Shown here: piece by piece, positions 9,575 to 18,243 of the stretch
Numbering within the stretch: the stretch's first letter is position 1
Layout: each line of letters opens with the position of its first letter
Assembly: GCA_031283585.1 (NCBI GenBank)
Contig: JAITBP010000006.1
Coordinates: forward strand, 60,001 to 92,000
Reading direction: 5' to 3'
DNA: 32,000 bases
Origin: Puniceicoccales bacterium
GTDB lineage: Bacteria > Verrucomicrobiota > Verrucomicrobiia > Opitutales > LL51
Translations under genes and position numbers: made by a program
Notes under the pieces: generated by a model
The model's database searches: none
The model's input: only the letters and a program-made list of their open reading frames with translations
Told to the model about the DNA's origin: nothing

Positions 9575-10918
9575 TTAGTATTCTATGTCCATGCTAGGCA
9601 ATAGATTCCATAACTCATAAAAATTGCTGCCCTTGAGGAATATGGTATTGGTAGCCAGGGTTGCAATGGTTTTAGCAGCGGCGGCTGTGTCCCTAAAAAC
9701 GTAAATATTTTCGCATTTTGAGTTAGATTTTATTATACCTTCCATCACCGCATCGGCATAGGCTCCTATCAATACTACCAGATCTTTTTCGTCTGGTAAG
9801 ATGTTTTGTCCAAGCGAGTTATGTAACTCATAGGATCTGTCACCCAGCTCAAGCATTGAGCCGATAATAAAGGTTCGGCCCGGTTCCCGAAACATGTTTT
9901 TGAAATTTGAAATGGCGTCCATCATCGAAGCGGGATTGGCATTATAGCAATCCAAATAGACAGTCTTTTCGCCTGACCGGATGATTTCACCACGCATTTT
10001 CGACGGTTTCCAGTTGCCCAGCCGGGCCTCCAGCAGAGCACGATCTATTCCGGCCTTCCGGGCCAAAAATATACCTAGGACGCAATTCCTCATCTGGCCA
10101 TGGCTCATCGATGGCAGGGCGTAAAATTCTTCGCCAAATTCGCTGGAGTGGACCATAACACCATCCTCCAGTTGGCCATAGGTAACGTAATTCTCTGCGA
10201 CCTTGCCATCACTCACAACGATGCTACTGCTTTCTATCTCCTTGAATGGCTTGAAGTTAAGGCATTCCTCCGGAAAGATTGCCAGGCCACCATTATTCAA
10301 TGCCCGGGTCAACATTTTTGATTTTTCTTCGGCAATCTTTTCCATCGAACCGAACCGAGAGGCATGGACAGGGGTTAGACCGGTCACCACACCCAGGGTT
10401 GGGTTCAGAACATCGAGAATTTCATCCATTTCACCTGGCCGGTCAACACCACACTCAATCAATCCTATGTCATTGTCTTCGTTTAGCTTACTGAGCATCA
10501 ATGGGACACCAAGCGTGTTATTCAGGTTGGCAACCGTGGCCATGGCCCGGGGCCCAAAAAGCAGGCGCATCAGATCCTTGGTGGAAGTTTTGCCGTAGCT
10601 ACCGGTCAAGCCAACGATCGGACCGCGAAAGTCATTCCTGTGGGCTTTCACAATCCTACGGAACGCGGCTAGCACTTCATCGACCAGCAGCTGAGGAATG
10701 CTAACTCCTTCCACCACACGGCTTACGATAGCACAACCTGCTCCATTACGCTCGGCATCAGCCAAGAAATCGTGGCCATCCCGGACAGCGTTTATTGCCA
10801 GAAAACACTCGCCTGGCTTGATGGTTCTGGAGTCATTTGCCATGGCACTGACGAACATTGGCACATTGGATCCAACCCATTGACCACCAGATAGTTCCGG
10901 CCAAAGCTTAGTTTTCAT
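9575..10918 (-). CDS. murF: UDP-N-acetylmuramoyl-tripeptide--D-alanyl-D-alanine ligase
   Basis: 447 aa with the Mur ligase P-loop GLTGSYGKTSTKD, a MurF-like N-terminus (DSRTIKPGECFLAI...DGHDF) and the C-terminal domain DCYNANPASM. Confidence 0.92.
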   Translation of the reverse strand: MKTKLWPELSGGQWVGSNVPMFVSAMANDSRTIKPGECFLAINAVRDGHDFLADAERNGAGCAIVSRVVEGVSIPQLLVDEVLAAFRRIVKAHRNDFRGPIVGLTGSYGKTSTKDLMRLLFGPRAMATVANLNNTLGVPLMLSKLNEDNDIGLIECGVDRPGEMDEILDVLNPTLGVVTGLTPVHASRFGSMEKIAEEKSKMLTRALNNGGLAIFPEECLNFKPFKEIESSSIVVSDGKVAENYVTYGQLEDGVMVHSSEFGEEFYALPSMSHGQMRNCVLGIFLARKAGIDRALLEARLGNWKPSKMRGEIIRSGEKTVYLDCYNANPASMMDAISNFKNMFREPGRTFIIGSMLELGDRSYELHNSLGQNILPDEKDLVVLIGAYADAVMEGIIKSNSKCENIYVFRDTAAAAKTIATLATNTIFLKGSNFYELWNLLPSMDIEY

Positions 10919-12207
10919 AAAAATTTTCTATGTTGTGCTGGTAAAATCTTCATCGCGTTTCTGTACTTTGTAACCGATCTCCGTGTTAATGCAATCCCCT
11001 TCGCATGCAACATGTTACACACTTCCACATCGGACAATGGCCTGGATTTTTCCTCATTGGCAATAATATCGCGGATCAGATCCCGGAGCGCACTGGTGGA
11101 TAATTCGTTGCCCGGGCCGCCAAGCTTTTTAGAAAAAAAATGTTTCAGACAAAACAGACCACGAGGTGACTGCAGGTATTTTTCCTTTATGGCCCGGCTC
11201 GCCGTGGATTGATGAACCGAGATAGTACTGGCTAAGTCCTTGAGCCTAAATGGCTTCAACTGACCTGAGCCTTCGAAAAATTCCAGCTGGGTATCCAGCA
11301 AAAGTCTTGCAATTTTCATCAACAGATCGCCTCGCCGATTCAACGCATTCATCAGGATTTTTGCACCCATGCTGTTCTGGGAAAAAAATTTTCTATCTGC
11401 TTTCCCCAGCTGGTTCTTGCAGATCAACATGGTTTTGTAGCTATCGCTCATCTTTATCTTTGGCAAGTACTTATCGTTCAAATCGATCTGCCATTCACCG
11501 TAGACTTTTTTCAATATGATATCCGGAACAACGGCAATCGGTCTTGGCTCGGAAAAAGTTTTGGCCGGCCGAAAATTTAACATCCTAAGCCTTGCGATCA
11601 AAGACCTTAACACCACGTGGTCGATCGCCATTGCCCTCTCTATCTTGCTATACCTATGCCTGAGCAAATCCTCAAAATGCCGGGACACCAGGACGGTCAA
11701 TCTAACATCACTGCCCTTTATTTGGCCCAGAAGACATTCCTTAATGCCTTTAGAACCAAGACCTTCAGGGTCAAGTGACCTAAGTAAATCCCTGACTCTT
11801 GTCACATCCGCCGCCGTAACTCCAAGCTCCGAAGCCAACAGCTCATCGGATTCCACCACAAACCCATTTTCGTCCATGCGTCCGAGCAAAAACAATAAAA
11901 TTGACTTGTCTTTGCCATCCACATCTGCTATTTGGGCCAAAATATGCTCTTCCAAGGTCCTCTCTGCCTCGATGGAGTCCAGGTCGTAATCACCGGAGGA
12001 TGTTGCATAACCATATGCCGTAAAACTACTACTGACACCTTCATCGACCAGTTCGAGCATTGGGTTGGACCGGATTTCTTCTAGCAAAACCCTGCGTAAC
12101 TCAGCCACCGGCATCTGAAGAATTTTCAGCGATCGGAGCAAGGCCGGCGACATTTTTTGCTTTTGCCTTTGCGCCTGCTCCTGGCTCAAATTTAGGTTAA
12201 AGTCCAA
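10915..12207 (-). CDS. rpoN: RNA polymerase sigma-54 factor
   Basis: 430 aa. N-terminal Gln-rich region I (LNLSQEQAQRQKQKMSP, LKILQMP), a C-terminal DNA-binding region and an RpoN box (LTRRSVTKYRNAMKI). Its stop overlaps the murF start by 4 nt. Confidence 0.93.
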   Translation of the reverse strand: MDFNLNLSQEQAQRQKQKMSPALLRSLKILQMPVAELRRVLLEEIRSNPMLELVDEGVSSSFTAYGYATSSGDYDLDSIEAERTLEEHILAQIADVDGKDKSILLFLLGRMDENGFVVESDELLASELGVTAADVTRVRDLLRSLDPEGLGSKGIKECLLGQIKGSDVRLTVLVSRHFEDLLRHRYSKIERAMAIDHVVLRSLIARLRMLNFRPAKTFSEPRPIAVVPDIILKKVYGEWQIDLNDKYLPKIKMSDSYKTMLICKNQLGKADRKFFSQNSMGAKILMNALNRRGDLLMKIARLLLDTQLEFFEGSGQLKPFRLKDLASTISVHQSTASRAIKEKYLQSPRGLFCLKHFFSKKLGGPGNELSTSALRDLIRDIIANEEKSRPLSDVEVCNMLHAKGIALTRRSVTKYRNAMKILPAQHRKFL

Positions 12208-13123
12208 AAGCCTGAATTTTATTGGTGATTTCTATGGCAACTTCCAGCGCATGGTAGCCAAGGCTAACATCGACCTTTGGCGTCTCATGACAGGCAACAC
12301 ATTTCATAAACGATTCTAGCTCAAGCTGTAATGGTTCATCCTTCGCTATTGGCACAATCTCTTTTTCCAGGCCAAGCTGGGTTTTCCTGAACATATGGCC
12401 GGCTTGATTCATAAAATCCAACGAAATATACGTATTTTCCTGAAAAATTCTGATTTCGCGCACTTTTTTTTCGCTCACGCGACTGGCATTTATGTTTGCA
12501 ACACAACCGTTTTCGAACCTCAGCCTGGCATTGGAAATATCCTCGCTGGCCGACAGAACCTTTACGCCGACGGCATCGATTTTTTCTATCTTTGAATGGA
12601 CTAGTTCGAGAATAACACCCAGATCATGTATCATAAGATCCAGAACAACACCAACTTCCGAACCCCTTGCCGTGTATGGCGCCAGTCGATCTGCGGTTAT
12701 AAACATCGGGTTCTTGGCTGTCTTGCATAAAAACTCCATTACGGGGTTATAATGTTCTATATGACCGACTTGTATCACACTATCATTTTTTTTTGCCGCC
12801 GACAGTATCAACGATGCTTCCTCTAGTGATGAACATAACGGCTTCTCTATCAACAGATGACAGTTTTTGTTCAACAGTTCGAGGGCCACCTCGCAATGCT
12901 TATCGGTGGGCACGACCACACTCACCGCATCACAGGCCTCACCCAGGGCTTCAACCGATGGGAAAATTTCACAACCATAGAGTTTTGCAATTTTTTTTGC
13001 CTGGCCGCTGTGCACATCACATATGCCAACTAACTCACAGCCACTCAACGAATTATATATCCTCGCATGGTGTTGTCCAAGGTGACCAACCCCAACAACA
13101 CCACATCTAAGCTTAGGAATCAT
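12197..13123 (-). CDS. Gfo/Idh/MocA-family NAD(P)-dependent oxidoreductase
   Basis: Rossmann N-terminus LRCGVVGVGHLGQHH plus EKPL, typical of the family. I place the start at MIPKLRCG (ATG 13123-13121), which forms an ATGA overlap with the serS stop. The longer ORF start at 13156 would overlap serS by 37 nt. Confidence 0.75.
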   Translation of the reverse strand: MIPKLRCGVVGVGHLGQHHARIYNSLSGCELVGICDVHSGQAKKIAKLYGCEIFPSVEALGEACDAVSVVVPTDKHCEVALELLNKNCHLLIEKPLCSSLEEASLILSAAKKNDSVIQVGHIEHYNPVMEFLCKTAKNPMFITADRLAPYTARGSEVGVVLDLMIHDLGVILELVHSKIEKIDAVGVKVLSASEDISNARLRFENGCVANINASRVSEKKVREIRIFQENTYISLDFMNQAGHMFRKTQLGLEKEIVPIAKDEPLQLELESFMKCVACHETPKVDVSLGYHALEVAIEITNKIQAFGL

Positions 13124-14394
13124 TTCTTGCGCCCTAGCATATCCTGATTGATCCAATGTTTCAATACACTGGGAATTCTAACCCGGCCATCCTGCTGTAT
13201 GTTGTTCTCTAGCAACGCTGCAAGCACTCGCGGTACGGCCAGACCAGAGCCATTGAGCGTATGGACAAATTCCAATTTGCCGGACTCCTTTGATCTAAAC
13301 CTTATGCCTGCGCGTCTGGCCTGAAAATCAGTAAAATTGCTGCAACTAGACACCTCAAGCCACCGCTTCTGGCCACCGGCAAAAACCTCCAGGTCATACT
13401 GTTTGCTGTGGGAAAACCCGATGTCACCGGTACATATGGACAGCACCCGGTAGGGCAGCTCAAGTTTTTGCAATAGACCCTCAGCATCAGCCCTAAGCTT
13501 TTCCAACTCCTCAAAACTATTGTTTGGGTTTGCCCACTTTACCAGCTCAACCTTATCGAACTGATGAAGCCGATTCAGACCGCGCACATCCTTTCCCCAG
13601 CTACCGGCTTCCCGCCGAAAACAAGGTGTGTAGGCACAGCGACATACCGGCAGCTCCCCCTCGTTAAATATCTCATTTCTGAAAAAATTCGTAACCGGCA
13701 CCTCGGCGGTGGGAACGCAGTAATAGTCATCGGCCGCGGTATGATACATTTGTCCTTCTTTATCAGGCAGTTGCCCTGTAGCCATTGCGCTATCGGCATT
13801 TACCAAAATCGGCGGCATGAGTTCAACATATCCGTTTTTTCTCGCCTCATCCAGGAAAAACGAGATCAGGGCCCGAACCAGCCGGGCCATATCGCCCAGG
13901 TAAAACGGGAACCCAGAGCCTGTAACCTTCACACCTCTAGGTAGATCCAGGTACTCACCAAACCAATGGATATCATAGTGTGGCAGGGCAAATTTTGATA
14001 TTTTTTCCAGGTCACCCCAGCTATAGACCAGCTGATTTTCGGTCTCATTTTTTCCCACCGGAACGGACTGATGTGGAACGTTAGGTATGCTCAAATACAA
14101 TGACTTCCAGGACTCGTCAAGTTTTTTAAATTCCCCATCAAGCTTCACTATCCTATCGGAAAGCAACCTCAACTCGGTTACTTTTTCACAAAACTCGATG
14201 GACCCTTTTTCCAACTTTGCCATGCTATCATTGGCTGCATTTTGCATTGCCCGCAGATCCTCTATTTCAGTCAACATCTCTCTGCGCCTTTTATCAATTG
14301 CGATAAACCCGTCCACATCGCATCTGAATTTTTTCTTCAAAACAGCTGCCTTTACTTCCTCGTGGCACTCACGTATATATTTTAAATCCAACAT
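13120..14394 (-). CDS. serS: Seryl-tRNA synthetase
   Basis: 424 aa. N-terminal coiled-coil arm (MLDLKYIRE...) and class II motifs (FRREAGSWGKDVRGLNRLHQFDKVE; GSGLAVPRVLAALLEN). Confidence 0.96.
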   Translation of the reverse strand: MLDLKYIRECHEEVKAAVLKKKFRCDVDGFIAIDKRRREMLTEIEDLRAMQNAANDSMAKLEKGSIEFCEKVTELRLLSDRIVKLDGEFKKLDESWKSLYLSIPNVPHQSVPVGKNETENQLVYSWGDLEKISKFALPHYDIHWFGEYLDLPRGVKVTGSGFPFYLGDMARLVRALISFFLDEARKNGYVELMPPILVNADSAMATGQLPDKEGQMYHTAADDYYCVPTAEVPVTNFFRNEIFNEGELPVCRCAYTPCFRREAGSWGKDVRGLNRLHQFDKVELVKWANPNNSFEELEKLRADAEGLLQKLELPYRVLSICTGDIGFSHSKQYDLEVFAGGQKRWLEVSSCSNFTDFQARRAGIRFRSKESGKLEFVHTLNGSGLAVPRVLAALLENNIQQDGRVRIPSVLKHWINQDMLGRKK

Positions 14395-14395
14395 G

Positions 14396-15727
14396 TTACA
14401 ATACCTCTAATTTTTTAATTATTATCGTTTTTCTATTTTTTACACCAAGTCTTCGCAAATCCTCACATTGAGAAATTAGGCCACCATTGCCACTTATTTT
14501 TGGTAAAATTTTTGTAGCAAACTGATCATTGACCTTCAGGAACATCCTGTTCAAATCATCCAGGGCTTCAAATAATCCGACGCATTTGTCATATAGCCGG
14601 CCTCCACGCTCGGCAATTTCCCTGGCATTTTCATTCTGCTTTTCCACCTGCCACATGGATTTTATGAGCCGCAGAGTAAGAAATAATGTGGACGGATACA
14701 CAGGCACAACTCCTTTATCTCTAGCATATTGCGCAATATCTCGACCGCCAAGTTGACCGGACTGAGCCTCGTTAAAATAGGCGGCTGTCACATAGGCCGA
14801 CTCAATCGGTATAAACATCAACAGAAATGGACAAATATCAACATTGCCAATAATGTTATGGTACTTTGTTATCTCATCGATATGTTTTTTAATCGAGGTC
14901 CTGTGCTCGTTTAGGGCCCTGGTCTTCTCATCATCATTCGCCGCATTGACGAACCTTTCATAGGCGGAAAGCGACACCTTCGAGTCTATCAGGACCCACT
15001 GATTTTGTGGCAGCCTCACCATGAAATCTGGCTTCGCCACTGCATCATTTAGCCTCAGATTCATACCCGTTCCCTGGCACACAAAATCACCAGACTGCTT
15101 CGATAGTCCGGCGCCTTCAAGTAAATTTTCCAACTGAATTTCACCAAAATTACCCTGAATTTTTGAATCACATCGCAGTGCATTGGTGAGATTTGAGGCC
15201 TCGGTCTGCATCTTTTCCACATTCTCAAATAACACCCTAAGCTGACAGGCCAACTCGGTCCTTGACTTTGATTCCGGCAGAAAAATATCCCGTTTGAACG
15301 AATCGAATTCGGCCTTTATTTTCTCCACCAGGCCACCGACTTCCCGGCTGGTTTCCTCAGAAAATTTCGACTTTTTTGCCTCGAGGATCTCCTGGGACAA
15401 ATTGCTAAGCTCAATCTTAAGTCGTTCTTTCCCTTCCTCTATCTGGGCCTTGGTCACCTCGAGCGCCGTGTTTCTATTACCTAGCTCCAATATCTGCCTC
15501 CGAAGCTCTACCAGCTCCATCGATTGCATTTCGATTTGCCGTTCGGCAGAGGTAAATTTTCCCTGTAGCTCAGATTTTTGCCTAAGATATTCGTCTTTTT
15601 CACTGGTTATTTGCACTAAACTCTTTTCCATGGCCCGGACCTGAGCACCACATCTAGTCCAACTAACCAGGCAAATAATCACCACCGAGACCAATGCCAC
15701 AAACAAGAATCCAAGCAATAAAACCAT
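14396..15727 (-). CDS. rmuC: DNA recombination protein RmuC
   Basis: 443 aa with an N-terminal transmembrane helix, a long coiled coil, and a C-terminal RmuC nuclease-like region (PDFMVRLPQNQWVLIDSKVSL...MFIPIESAY). Confidence 0.82.
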   Translation of the reverse strand: MVLLLGFLFVALVSVVIICLVSWTRCGAQVRAMEKSLVQITSEKDEYLRQKSELQGKFTSAERQIEMQSMELVELRRQILELGNRNTALEVTKAQIEEGKERLKIELSNLSQEILEAKKSKFSEETSREVGGLVEKIKAEFDSFKRDIFLPESKSRTELACQLRVLFENVEKMQTEASNLTNALRCDSKIQGNFGEIQLENLLEGAGLSKQSGDFVCQGTGMNLRLNDAVAKPDFMVRLPQNQWVLIDSKVSLSAYERFVNAANDDEKTRALNEHRTSIKKHIDEITKYHNIIGNVDICPFLLMFIPIESAYVTAAYFNEAQSGQLGGRDIAQYARDKGVVPVYPSTLFLTLRLIKSMWQVEKQNENAREIAERGGRLYDKCVGLFEALDDLNRMFLKVNDQFATKILPKISGNGGLISQCEDLRRLGVKNRKTIIIKKLEVL

Positions 15728-15731
15728 GTGT

Positions 15732-16781
15732 CTAACTATTTTTCAATGAACGCTCCAAGGCCTCAACTTTTTCTATAAATTTTGGTAGCCTTTTGATGGC
15801 CGACATTTGCCTCACGAAATCATCATACTTTCTGGCCGGAGAGCCAAATATAACGCACTCATCTTCAATATCTTTTGTCACGCCAGACTGGGCACAAATC
15901 CTGACACCATCACCGATATCCAGATGGCCAGCAATTCCAACCTGACCACCAAGCACCACGTGATTTCCTAGCCTTGTACTGCCGGCGATTCCAGCCTGGG
16001 CAACAATCATACACCCGGCGCCAACCTGCACATTATGGGCTATCTGGACCAGGTTGTCTATTTTAGTGCCCTTTCCGATGATGGTCGACGCAAACCTAGC
16101 CCTGTCTATGGTAGTGTTAGCGCCAATTTCCACCTGGTCCTCGATTACCACGTTGCCTATATGGGAAATTTTTCTATGTTCTCCGTCTATTGTTTCGTAA
16201 CCAAATCCATCTGAACCAATTACCGCACCAGAATTTATTTTTACATCTCTGCCAATTTTGGAACAGGGCATTATTGTAACATTCGGTGCCAGAATTGTGT
16301 TCTCGCCTATTTCAGTGTCGTAGCCTATAAATGTCCCGGCACCTATAACCACCCTGTCTGCGATTGTAACGCCTTCTTCTATAACAACTCTTGGGCCAAT
16401 AGACAGAAAATTTCCTAGCTTCACCGACCGATGGATAACGGCGGTTCTATCAATGCCATGGACAAAATTTTTGGACAAAATTTCCTCAATTTTTGCACAA
16501 AGTAACCCCAGCGCATAGGATGGATTGGCGCAGAGGAGAAACGCCTGATTTTCTCCTGGAGGTAATTTTATGCTTATGCCATCGTCACGGGGAACCAAAA
16601 CTATTGACGCCGATGTGTGTTGCAAATCAACCAAATGGTCTTTGTTCCTACAAAATGATATGTCCCCTGGCTCAGCTTCCCTCAGCTGCGATACCCTATG
16701 GACATCACCCAGAAAACGTCCTATAACTCCTTCTGGTTCAACAATCGCAACAACCTCATTCAATGAAAATTTCCATTTCAT
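15732..16781 (-). CDS. lpxD: UDP-3-O-acylglucosamine N-acyltransferase
   Basis: 349 aa with the LpxD N-terminal domain followed by extended hexapeptide (left-handed beta-helix) repeats ([13 protein letters not shown]..., [25 protein letters not shown]). Confidence 0.92.
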   Translation of the reverse strand: MKWKFSLNEVVAIVEPEGVIGRFLGDVHRVSQLREAEPGDISFCRNKDHLVDLQHTSASIVLVPRDDGISIKLPPGENQAFLLCANPSYALGLLCAKIEEILSKNFVHGIDRTAVIHRSVKLGNFLSIGPRVVIEEGVTIADRVVIGAGTFIGYDTEIGENTILAPNVTIMPCSKIGRDVKINSGAVIGSDGFGYETIDGEHRKISHIGNVVIEDQVEIGANTTIDRARFASTIIGKGTKIDNLVQIAHNVQVGAGCMIVAQAGIAGSTRLGNHVVLGGQVGIAGHLDIGDGVRICAQSGVTKDIEDECVIFGSPARKYDDFVRQMSAIKRLPKFIEKVEALERSLKNS

Positions 16782-16856
16782 AGATCAACGGGAATTCTTT
16801 TAATATGGTGGCCCAATGTCAATGGTGATAACAAACATAAAATACCCTAACTATCG

Positions 16857-16943
16857 TGGTGGTGAGGGAGCGATTCGAACGCTCGAAGAGCGAAGCTCGA
16901 CAGATTTACAGTCTGCACCCTTTAGCCACTTGGATACCTCACC
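16857..16943 (-). tRNA. tRNA-Tyr (anticodon GTA), 87 nt, CCA encoded
   Basis: The - strand reads GGTGAGGTATCCAAGTGGCTAAAGGGTGCAGACTGTAAATCTGTCGAGCTTCGCTCTTCGAGCGTTCGAATCGCTCCCTCACCACCA. Acceptor GGTGAGG pairs with CCTCACC, the anticodon loop is CTGTAAA, the variable arm is long, and the T-loop is GGTTCGAATC. It is nearly collinear with E. coli tRNA-Tyr. Confidence 0.95.
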
Positions 16944-16990
16944 GATGGGTGCCAGAACTAGGACTACAATCTCGTTTGGCAAGAATTTTT

Positions 16991-17012
16991 TGTCTTGTTT
17001 TGTTTTGTTTTG
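16991..17012. repeat. Pentanucleotide microsatellite (TGTYT)x4, i.e. (AAAAC)n on the - strand
   Basis: tgtct tgttt tgttt tgttt tg, read directly. It lies 7 nt downstream of the alr stop and upstream of tRNA-Tyr. Confidence 0.6.
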
Positions 17013-17018
17013 ATCACC

Positions 17019-18128
17019 TCATCGTTTGTAAACCCGCTCAACTCTACCTGATATGGCACACAGACTTTCTCTTATTATTCGCCGACCAGCTTTACTGAAT
17101 TCGTTGACAGTTATGCACCTGGCTCCGTCGCTACCTATCCATAGCACCGTATCGCCCGGCCTTGGCCCGGGGCAATTAGCCAAACAGATAGTTGTCTGAT
17201 CCATCGACACCCTTCCTATAACCTGGCAAACACTACCATTGACCAGGCAATGGCCCCTGTTGATGAAACTAACAGGGATTCCATCGGCATAGCCACAGGC
17301 AACCACACCAATTTTTGTGTCACTTGTTGTCCTATAGCTGCCGTCATAACCAATTTTCACGCCCTTTGGTATATTTTTTACAAGTACCAGCTTGCTTTTA
17401 AAGCTCAGCACAGGCCTAATGCCAAGTCTATCTAGCTCTTGGACAATATCATCCGGCGCAATTCCATACTGCATGGCACCGACTCTGACGCAGTTACAGA
17501 TATCATCGACCCTGGAATCTTTGATGGCAAAGCTACTGCTTTCATGGATTTTCAATTCTTCGGTTGGCCAATCAAACTGTCTCAGCCAATTTCTAAAGTT
17601 TTTGCGTTGCAGCTCGGTATAGGCATTATCGCTACCAAGACAGGACAAATGTGTAGCCAGACCACCGATTTTTATTTGACTGCTATGGCATAGCCTGCGT
17701 AGCTCATCACTGTTGTTCTCATGCCAGAACCCAGACCGGCCCATGCCCGTATCAATCTTCAGATGAATCTCAGCTACCTTTTCCAGGGCCTTCGCCGTGG
17801 CAACCAGCTGGGTTAGCTCATCACAGCTGGACACTAAAGGCACAAACCCATTGGCCACCACAGAATTGATCTCTTCTGACAACAGCGGACCCAGTATAAG
17901 TATCTTCTTTCCCTGGGAATAGTCCTTTATAGCCATGGCCTCGTTGAGGTTGGCAACGGCAAAAGCGTCGACCAAGTCCACCGAACTCTTAACCAACTCC
18001 TGGGCACCGCAACCATAGGCATTTGCCTTGACAACAGATATGTATCCCATGCCCTTTGGCAGACTTTTCTTTATGATTACTATATTATCGCGAAACCTAG
18101 TTAAATCGATTTCAATCCAACAACGCAT
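17019..18128 (-). CDS. alr: Alanine racemase
   Basis: ORF 17019..18218. From Met-31 (MRCWIEIDLTRFRDNI) the sequence follows the alanine racemase pattern, including the PLP-lysine motif VVKANAYGCG and the C-terminal GRVSMDQ. The upstream 30 codons look spurious. Confidence 0.9.
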   Translation of the reverse strand: MRCWIEIDLTRFRDNIVIIKKSLPKGMGYISVVKANAYGCGAQELVKSSVDLVDAFAVANLNEAMAIKDYSQGKKILILGPLLSEEINSVVANGFVPLVSSCDELTQLVATAKALEKVAEIHLKIDTGMGRSGFWHENNSDELRRLCHSSQIKIGGLATHLSCLGSDNAYTELQRKNFRNWLRQFDWPTEELKIHESSSFAIKDSRVDDICNCVRVGAMQYGIAPDDIVQELDRLGIRPVLSFKSKLVLVKNIPKGVKIGYDGSYRTTSDTKIGVVACGYADGIPVSFINRGHCLVNGSVCQVIGRVSMDQTTICLANCPGPRPGDTVLWIGSDGARCITVNEFSKAGRRIIRESLCAISGRVERVYKR

Positions 18129-18243
18129 ATTGCCAAAACTTCCCTGTTTTAGCACATAGCATTCAAAGAAATTGTTTGCAAGAAAATTAAAACAACATCT
18201 GTTACGTTTAATTAACAACTATCTCCGGCACAACAACATCCAA

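Noticed and set aside
16991..17012. (TGTTT)n pentanucleotide repeat between alr and tRNA-Tyr as a phase-variation switch
   Set aside because: It has only about 4 units, lies outside any ORF, and is not between recognisable -35/-10 elements. It is recorded as a repeat but there is no evidence of function.
16857..18243. tRNA-Tyr as the integration site of a T3SS genomic island
   Set aside because: alr lies between the tRNA and the T3SS module. I found no copy of the tRNA 3' end (GTTCGAATCGCTCCCTCACC) at the far border (29285-29368). There is no integrase or transposase anywhere in the window.
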